NCBI GenBank assembly: GCA_042219045.1
Contig: JBDGQO010000013.1
Span: forward strand, 1-64,000
Reading direction: 5' to 3'
Length of the DNA stretch: 64,000 bases
Source of the DNA: Candidatus Bipolaricaulia bacterium
GTDB lineage: Bacteria > Bipolaricaulota > Bipolaricaulia > RBG-16-55-9
Each line of letters opens with the position of its first letter. Position 1 is the stretch's first letter. Shown here piece after piece: positions 58,018 to 64,000 of this stretch. The translations under genes and the position numbers were made by a program. Under the pieces are notes generated by a model. That model was given only the letters and a program-made list of their open reading frames with translations, did not search any database and was not told where the DNA came from.

Positions 58018-58898
58018 ACGAACGCACGGAATCGAACGACCATGCAGAGCGCGCCAAGATCGCCGGAGTGGGCCGCATCAGCGGCGGGACATATGAAAGC
58101 GTCAAGGTGTCCGGGTCGGGTGTCGTCGACGGTGACGTCTCGGCGGGAACGATCGGCGTGGCTGGGTCCTGCAAGATCAACGGCAGCGCCAGGGCCGACG
58201 AGATCAAGACCGCGGGCTCCTGCCGCGTCAAGGGCGAGGTGCGCGCTGAGGAGCTTCGCACGTCGGGCTCCTGTGCGATCGACGGCGCCATTGCCGCTGA
58301 CACCCTCAAGTGCTCCGGATCGCAGCGCGTCGACGACAGCGTCAATGCCGGCTACGTCAAGATCAGCGGCTCCATCCGGGTGAAGGGCAACCTTGAAACC
58401 GACAGATTCGTTTCCGAGGGCTCGTTCAGGGTCGAAGGGCTGCTCTCCGGCGACGAGGTTGCCATCCAATTGGGCGGCAACTGCCAGGCCCAAGAGATCG
58501 GCGGCGAACGGATCGAGGTGCGCAGCGGCGCGTCCCGGGGCTTTGACCCGGAGGAGGGCTCCAAGCATGCGGAGCGCCAGAGTCGGGACGATCCCTGGAC
58601 GTTCCGGGAGATGGGCCTTGGCATCGACGTGGATTGGCGAAAGATGACGCGAGAAATGAGCAAGCTTGGATCCAAGCTCGGCAACCTCGGGCTATCGATG
58701 ACGGGCATCGGCGGCCACGGAACGCTGCGAGCCGACGCGATCGAGGGCGACGAGATCTATCTGGAGTCAACCCAGGCTAAGCTCGTCCGAGGAAAGCGGG
58801 TCCTAATCGGGCCGGACTGCGAGATCGAGCGGGTGGAGTACGAGGACGAGATTCGCGTCCACGATCAAGCAGATGTTGCAGAGACGGCGCAAACGTAG
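58011..58898 (+). CDS. YhbE/YhbF-like bactofilin (polymer-forming beta-helix) protein
   Basis: RBS AAGGAGG; GGTYESVKVSGSG, xxGSxxIxG repeats, EIGGERIEV, IEGDEIYLE, VRGKRVLIGPDCEI. Confidence 0.88.
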   Translation: MVNERTESNDHAERAKIAGVGRISGGTYESVKVSGSGVVDGDVSAGTIGVAGSCKINGSARADEIKTAGSCRVKGEVRAEELRTSGSCAIDGAIAADTLKCSGSQRVDDSVNAGYVKISGSIRVKGNLETDRFVSEGSFRVEGLLSGDEVAIQLGGNCQAQEIGGERIEVRSGASRGFDPEEGSKHAERQSRDDPWTFREMGLGIDVDWRKMTREMSKLGSKLGNLGLSMTGIGGHGTLRADAIEGDEIYLESTQAKLVRGKRVLIGPDCEIERVEYEDEIRVHDQADVAETAQT

Positions 58899-58958
58899 GC
58901 CCTATCGAACGACTTGCTGATGCGATGAGGGGAACGACGCTGTCCGTCCAGCATTACA

Positions 58959-59741
58959 TTGTTTACCGGCATCCAGGGCATCCCGATGCGCCAAATCCGT
59001 CCCTACATGGACGAGCTGATTGAGCTGTTCGACCTCGGCGACAAAACGAAGACGCCGGCGCGGATGCTCCGCGCGGCATGCAACAGAAGCTGGTGTTGGC
59101 CTGTGCCATGGTCAAGCAGACGGAGGTCCTGTTGCTGGACGAGCCCACGCTCGGCCTCGACGTCGAGACCTCCCACGAACTCCGGCAGATCCTCAAGGAC
59201 ATGGCCGGCCGTGGCGAGCGGACCGTCCTGCTCTCCAATCACGACATGAACGTCGGCCAGGACATCTATGACCGAGTTATTGTCATCAATCAAGCCGCAC
59301 CGTCATCGACGACCACGTGGCCAATCGCTTGGAATTGGTCCGCGCCAAAGCGTACGAGTTTTCGGTCAGCGGCCATCTGAGCGAGACACAGACGCGTCGC
59401 CTGATCGAGCAGTTCGAGATGATCGAGTCCATCGACCGCCGTGATCCGAACCTGGAAGAGATCTTCTGGATCCTTGTGAGGGAGAGCACTGTGAGGGAGG
59501 AGCACTGATGGCGACGCTGGTCATGCTCAAGGCGATGGTGGAGCGGTATTACGTCAACACGGCCTCGCTCGTCGTCAGCATCCGCTTCGTCTTTGTCGCG
59601 ATCTTCGCCTACTCCGAGGTTGAAGTTTCTACCGCTTTCATGGGGAACATGGAGACCGAGGGGGCACTCCTGATCACACGATGTTTCGTGCTTGACAACC
59701 CAACGACGTGTCGGCTCACTGCTAACGTGGCGGAGGCTTAG
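58959..59741 (+). pseudogene. Fragmented ABC ATPase plus permease stub
   Basis: No Walker A; GGMQQKL / LLLDEPTLGLD / LLSNHDM and PNLEEIF spread over separate frameshifted ORFs; short RYYVNT permease start. Confidence 0.75.
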
Positions 59742-59836
59742 GATGTCGCGATTTGCGGAAAGATTCCGTCTGACGTTAGCCTCCAGCTAGATTCACGCGA
59801 AAAATGCCACCTAAATTCAATGCAGGGTGATGTCGG

Positions 59837-60217
59837 ATGACGAGGGCTAGCGATGACGCGCCTCGAATTGTCGAATGCACATGGGGCCACATCCATCTGG
59901 ACGACGGCTCAGTCCACAAAGACGCCAAACTCTACCCGGGCGGGGCTCGCGAATGGGACTGGAACGAGACCGGAACGCGCCACTCACCCGGAATCCAGCC
60001 CGCCGACGTGCAGGAGTTGATTGACCATGGCGCCAAGGTCATCGTGCTCGCCAAGGGCGTCTTCGAGCGCCTCCAAGTTAGCCCCGAGACACGGCAATGG
60101 CTGCATGACCACGATCTGGACGTCCGCATCATGCCGACCAAGGCCGCGGTGAGTACGTACAATGACTTAGTCAACGACGGGCGATCGGTCGGCGCGCTCA
60201 TCCACTCCACTTGTTGA
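59837..60217 (+). CDS. Mth938/AAMDC-like protein
   Basis: WG, KDAKLYPGGAREWDW, HSPGIQPADV, YN, C-terminal HSTC. Confidence 0.88.
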   Translation: MTRASDDAPRIVECTWGHIHLDDGSVHKDAKLYPGGAREWDWNETGTRHSPGIQPADVQELIDHGAKVIVLAKGVFERLQVSPETRQWLHDHDLDVRIMPTKAAVSTYNDLVNDGRSVGALIHSTC

Positions 60218-60326
60218 CGGCGTCAAGTGCGCAGCGTCGTGACGGCAGGAGATCGAATATCGGCCTGCGGCGAGCAGACGTACTTGAGCCCTCCGTCGAC
60301 TGGGAACGGGCGTGATCTTCGGGCCT

Positions 60327-60354
60327 TTGAGATTCCGGCCCCAGTGCGTACAAT
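60327..60354 (+). promoter_or_regulatory. sigma70-type promoter of sucAB
   Basis: TTGAGA, 16 nt, TACAAT. Confidence 0.55.
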
Positions 60355-60377
60355 AGGGGCCGCACCGGGGGATCACG

Positions 60378-63131
60378 ATGACTGACTCGTTGGAGCGAAT
60401 CGCTCGATCCAGTCCGACTTACGTCGAAGAGCTTTACCAACAGTTCCGACAGGACCCCACCAGCGTACCGGAGGAGTGGGCGCTCGTCTTCAAGGGCTAC
60501 GAGTTCGGCCTTGAGGCATCAGCTCCGGCTAGCGGTACGGATAAGGATGGCAACCCACCGGGCGTGCTTGACCTCGTCCACTCCTATCGCGAGTTCGGGC
60601 ACCTGATCGCCGAGATCGATCCGCTCGGGCGCCGCTCGCGCGAGCATCCGCTATTGCGGCTTGAGGAGTTTGGGCTTAGCGAGGACGACTTGGATCGAGA
60701 GGTCTCCAGCCCCTTCTACGGGCTGGAAGTCGCCGCGTTGGGCGAAGTCTACGACGCGCTGCAGAGGACCTACTGCCGATCGCTGGGCGTGGAGTTCATG
60801 CACATCGGCGATACCGAGCGCCGCGAATGGCTCCTGGAGCGTATGGAGCCGACCTACAACCGGCCCCACCGCTCGGCCGAGCAGCGGAAGTGGCTCCTGC
60901 GCCAGCTCGTGGAAGCCAACGGGCTGGAACGGTTCCTCCATGCTCACTATCGCGGCGCCAAGCGCTTCTCCAGCGAGGGCGGCGAGGCCCTCATTCCACT
61001 GCTGAATTCGCTCTTGGAGCGCGCCGGCTCGCAGGGCGTCCAGGAAACGGTCATGGGCATGCCCCACCGGGGCCGCCTCACGGTGCTGGCCCACGTGCTG
61101 CACAAGCCGAAGGAGCTCATTCTGGCCGAGTTCGAGGGCCTCCAAGAGAACGAGGACGTCAAGTACCACATGGGCTACTCGCGGGACTACACGACAGAAA
61201 GCGGCCAACAGATGCACCTGACCCTTGCCCACAACCCGAGCCACCTCGAGGCTGTCGATCCCGTCGTGCTTGGCCAGGTTCGCGCCAAGCAGCGCATCCG
61301 CGGCGACCAGGCCCAAGCCAAGGTCATTCCGGTCTTGATGCACGGCGACGCCGCGTTTTCCGCTCAGGGAATCGTTTACGAAACGCAGCAACTCTCGGCG
61401 CTGGACGGGTTCAAAACCGGGGGCACCGTCCATCTGCTGATCAACAACCAACTCGGCTTCACCACCCGACCCAAGGACGCGCGCTCTACCCGATACGCCA
61501 GCGACATCGCCAAGATCGTCGGCGCCCCTGTCTTCCACGTCAACGCCGACGATCCCGAAGCCGTCATCTGGGCCGCGGAGCTTGCGCTCGACTATCGCCA
61601 GACGTTCGGCACTGACGTCGTTATCGACTTCGTCTGCTATCGCCAATACGGGCACAACGAGCTGGACGATCCGGCATTCACGCAGCCGGCGATGTACAAC
61701 TTGATCAGCAATCATCCCAGCGTAACCGACATTTATGCCGAACAATTGCAGGGCGAAGGCATCATCGGCGAGGGCGATCTGCAACGGATGCGCGACGAGG
61801 TCCGCGCCGACTTGGACGAGGCCCTCGAGTGCGCCAGGGACGAAGCGTGTGTGGAGACCAAGGAAGTTCCCTTCCGTCGCTTTTGGGAGGGATTCGGCCC
61901 GGCCGGCAACGACTGGGGCGCCCGCACCCGCTTGGACGCCGACACCCTGAAGAGCATCGCGGATCAGTTGCCCGAGTTTCCGGTGGACTTCACGCCCCAT
62001 CGGCGCATCCCGAAGATGTTCAATCAGATCCGGGACCTCGTCCACGAGGGCGAGGACCTCCATTGGGCCATCGGCGAGACGCTCGCCTACGGCAGCCTGC
62101 TCTTGGAGAACTATCCCATCCGCCTCTGTGGCCAGGACAGCGAGCGGGGGACGTTCTCCCACCGACACGCCGTCCTCTACGACGCGGAGAACGCCAATCG
62201 CTACGTGCCGCTCAACGATCTCGACGAAGCGCAGGCCCAGTTCGAGGTCGTCAACAGCCCGTTGAGCGAGCTGGGCGTGCTGGGGTTCGAGTACGGCATG
62301 GCCAGCTCGGACCCCTATCGACTGGTCATTTGGGAAGCCCAATACGGCGACTTCGCCAACGGCGCCCAAGTCGTGATCGACCAGTTCGTCACCAGCGGCG
62401 AGGCGAAGTGGAGCCGCCAGAACGGCCTCGTGATGCTGTTGCCGCACGGCTACGAGGGCCAAGGTCCGGAGCACTCCAGCGCCCGATTGGAGCGATTCCT
62501 GCAACTGGCGGGCGAGAACAACATCCAGGTCGCGTACCCGACGACGCCGGCCCAGTTCTTCCACCTGTTGCGCCGCCAGATGCACCGCGATTTCCGGAAA
62601 CCGCTCATCGTCATGACGCCGAAGAGCATGCTGCGCCACAAGCGGGCCGTGTCCTCGCTGTCCGAGTTCACCGCGCAGGACTTCCAGACGGTCCTGCGCG
62701 ATGACGTCCCGTCGGATCCGCAACGCGTCGTCATGTGCTCGGGCAAGGTCTATTACACGCTGCTCGAGGCCCGAGAGGAGCGCGGCCTCGACGATCAGGT
62801 GGCGCTCGTGCGCGTGGAGCAGCTCTATCCCTTCCCGGAGCGAGAGCTGCGCGAAGCGCTGGGCCAATATTCGGAAGAGGCCGAGCTTGTCTGGGTGCAA
62901 GAGGAGCCGCAGAACCAGGGCGCCTGGCGCTACATGCAGACGCGGCTGCCGCTGGTGATCGGCGACGATCGGCCGGTTCGCTACATCGGACGCCCGGAAG
63001 CCGCCAGCCCCGCCACCGGCAACTTCAAGACCCACAAGCGCGAGGAGGAGCTCCTCATCGACGAGGCCCTCGCCGAGCTCACGTCCGAGCAAGCGGACGC
63101 CGCCTCCGCCAAAGCTGGCCAGAGCCCGTAA
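60378..63131 (+). CDS. sucA: 2-oxoglutarate dehydrogenase E1
   Basis: GMPHRGRL, DVKYHMG, NPSHLE, HGDAAF, GHNELD, WEAQYGDFANGAQ, LPHGYEGQGPEHSS. Confidence 0.97.
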   Translation: MTDSLERIARSSPTYVEELYQQFRQDPTSVPEEWALVFKGYEFGLEASAPASGTDKDGNPPGVLDLVHSYREFGHLIAEIDPLGRRSREHPLLRLEEFGLSEDDLDREVSSPFYGLEVAALGEVYDALQRTYCRSLGVEFMHIGDTERREWLLERMEPTYNRPHRSAEQRKWLLRQLVEANGLERFLHAHYRGAKRFSSEGGEALIPLLNSLLERAGSQGVQETVMGMPHRGRLTVLAHVLHKPKELILAEFEGLQENEDVKYHMGYSRDYTTESGQQMHLTLAHNPSHLEAVDPVVLGQVRAKQRIRGDQAQAKVIPVLMHGDAAFSAQGIVYETQQLSALDGFKTGGTVHLLINNQLGFTTRPKDARSTRYASDIAKIVGAPVFHVNADDPEAVIWAAELALDYRQTFGTDVVIDFVCYRQYGHNELDDPAFTQPAMYNLISNHPSVTDIYAEQLQGEGIIGEGDLQRMRDEVRADLDEALECARDEACVETKEVPFRRFWEGFGPAGNDWGARTRLDADTLKSIADQLPEFPVDFTPHRRIPKMFNQIRDLVHEGEDLHWAIGETLAYGSLLLENYPIRLCGQDSERGTFSHRHAVLYDAENANRYVPLNDLDEAQAQFEVVNSPLSELGVLGFEYGMASSDPYRLVIWEAQYGDFANGAQVVIDQFVTSGEAKWSRQNGLVMLLPHGYEGQGPEHSSARLERFLQLAGENNIQVAYPTTPAQFFHLLRRQMHRDFRKPLIVMTPKSMLRHKRAVSSLSEFTAQDFQTVLRDDVPSDPQRVVMCSGKVYYTLLEAREERGLDDQVALVRVEQLYPFPERELREALGQYSEEAELVWVQEEPQNQGAWRYMQTRLPLVIGDDRPVRYIGRPEAASPATGNFKTHKREEELLIDEALAELTSEQADAASAKAGQSP

Positions 63132-63150
63132 CGACCACTGAGGAGCGATT

Positions 63151-64000
63151 ATGGCTGAGACCATTGAGATCACGATTCCCGACCTGGGCGAATCCGTCAG
63201 TGAGGGGACGATTGCCAACTGGCTCAAAAGCGACGGCGAGGTCGTCCAGGCCGACGACGCGTTGTTAGAGCTCGAAACGGACAAGGCCGTCATGGAGATT
63301 CCGGCGGAATCCGGGGGGCGCCTGGAGATCGTCGTCGAGGAGGGCGAGACCGTCGCCGTCGGCGACGTCGTGGCCAAAGTCCATCCGGGCGAAGCCGCGG
63401 AACAGTCGGCCGAGGCGCCCGTGTCCGAGGACGGCGGAGAGCAGCAGATGGGGGAGTCCGAAGCCGATCGCCCCGCAGCTCAGTCGGAAGCGCCCGCCTC
63501 GTCCGAGACGACTGAAGGCACCACCGCGGACGAGCCGACGTTGAGCCCGGCGGTGCAGAAGCTCGTCGAGGAACATGACCTCGATCCCGCCCAGATCGAG
63601 GGAACGGGCAAGGGCGGTCGGCTCACCAAGGCGGACGTGCTCAGTCACCTCGAATCGGCCGATGGCCCCACCACGACCGAAGCTGAGTCGACCCCCGAGG
63701 CAAGCCCCGCTGCGCCGACGCCATCCCAACCCTCGCCAACGAAGCGCGAGGTGAGCGACGAGGCCGAGGTTCGGCGCGAGCCGATGAGCGGGCTGCGACA
63801 GCGCGTCGCCGAGCGCCTCGTCGAGGCCCAGCAAGAGGCCGCCGCGCTGACGACGTTCAACGACGTCGACATGTCCCATATCATGGAGATGCGCAAGCAG
63901 TACCGCGACTCGTTCGAGCAGCGCTACGGCGTGCGGCTGGGGTTCATGTCGTTCTTCGCCAAGGCCTGCACTCTGGCGCTGGAGGAGATTCCCGAGCTGA
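63151..64000 (+). CDS. sucB: 2-oxoglutarate dehydrogenase E2, 3'-truncated by window edge
   Basis: RBS GAGGAG; PDLGESVSEG, lipoyl ETDKA, PSBD GTGKGGRLTK, LTTFNDVDM, LGFMSFF. Confidence 0.95.
   Translation, partial: MAETIEITIPDLGESVSEGTIANWLKSDGEVVQADDALLELETDKAVMEIPAESGGRLEIVVEEGETVAVGDVVAKVHPGEAAEQSAEAPVSEDGGEQQMGESEADRPAAQSEAPASSETTEGTTADEPTLSPAVQKLVEEHDLDPAQIEGTGKGGRLTKADVLSHLESADGPTTTEAESTPEASPAAPTPSQPSPTKREVSDEAEVRREPMSGLRQRVAERLVEAQQEAAALTTFNDVDMSHIMEMRKQYRDSFEQRYGVRLGFMSFFAKACTLALEEIPEL

Noticed and set aside
60651..63377. 908-aa minus-strand ORF
   Set aside because: Antisense shadow of sucA/sucB

Overview
High-GC (about 65% by eye) bacterial chromosomal window, mostly housekeeping genes. 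Very acidic cytoplasmic proteins suggest a salt-in halophile. A prokaryotic A/V-type ATPase together with bacterial frr/rny/nusA/sucAB and outer-membrane-like proteins is reminiscent of Bipolaricaulota (Acetothermia); that taxonomy is inference only. Gene order: A/V-ATPase operon (I-K-E-C-F-A-B-D) and htrA; archaeal-type AbrB-PhoU regulator divergent from a NatAB-like ABC transporter; a decaying ars cassette; pstSCAB-phoU; glutaminyl cyclase; frr; DUF62 and cca; serC-serA divergent from glyA; system II cytochrome c maturation (resABC); copZ, yqeG and DUF4911; a giant SurA/PpiC/TPR chaperone; rimP-nusA-MMPL-(6S RNA?)-rny-spoVS; rluD, pgsA, MATE; two outer-membrane proteins; macro domain; ppc; a tandem-RHH protein; a yhbD-bactofilin module; an ABC pseudogene; Mth938-like protein; sucA and partial sucB. 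Best candidate novel system: SerA whose usual regulatory C-terminus is replaced by a complete SbnI/SerK-like free-serine kinase domain, in a serB-less serC-serA operon back-to-back with glyA, suggesting a reversible glycine/serine <-> 3-phosphoglycerate route. Other highlights: PstA with tandem PDZ domains, a candidate pho box, two candidate sRNAs with anti-Shine-Dalgarno motifs, a candidate 6S RNA upstream of rny, and a possible Q-rule (Gln at +1 of secreted proteins plus a lipoprotein glutaminyl cyclase). All family assignments are from motif recognition by eye; no searches were run.
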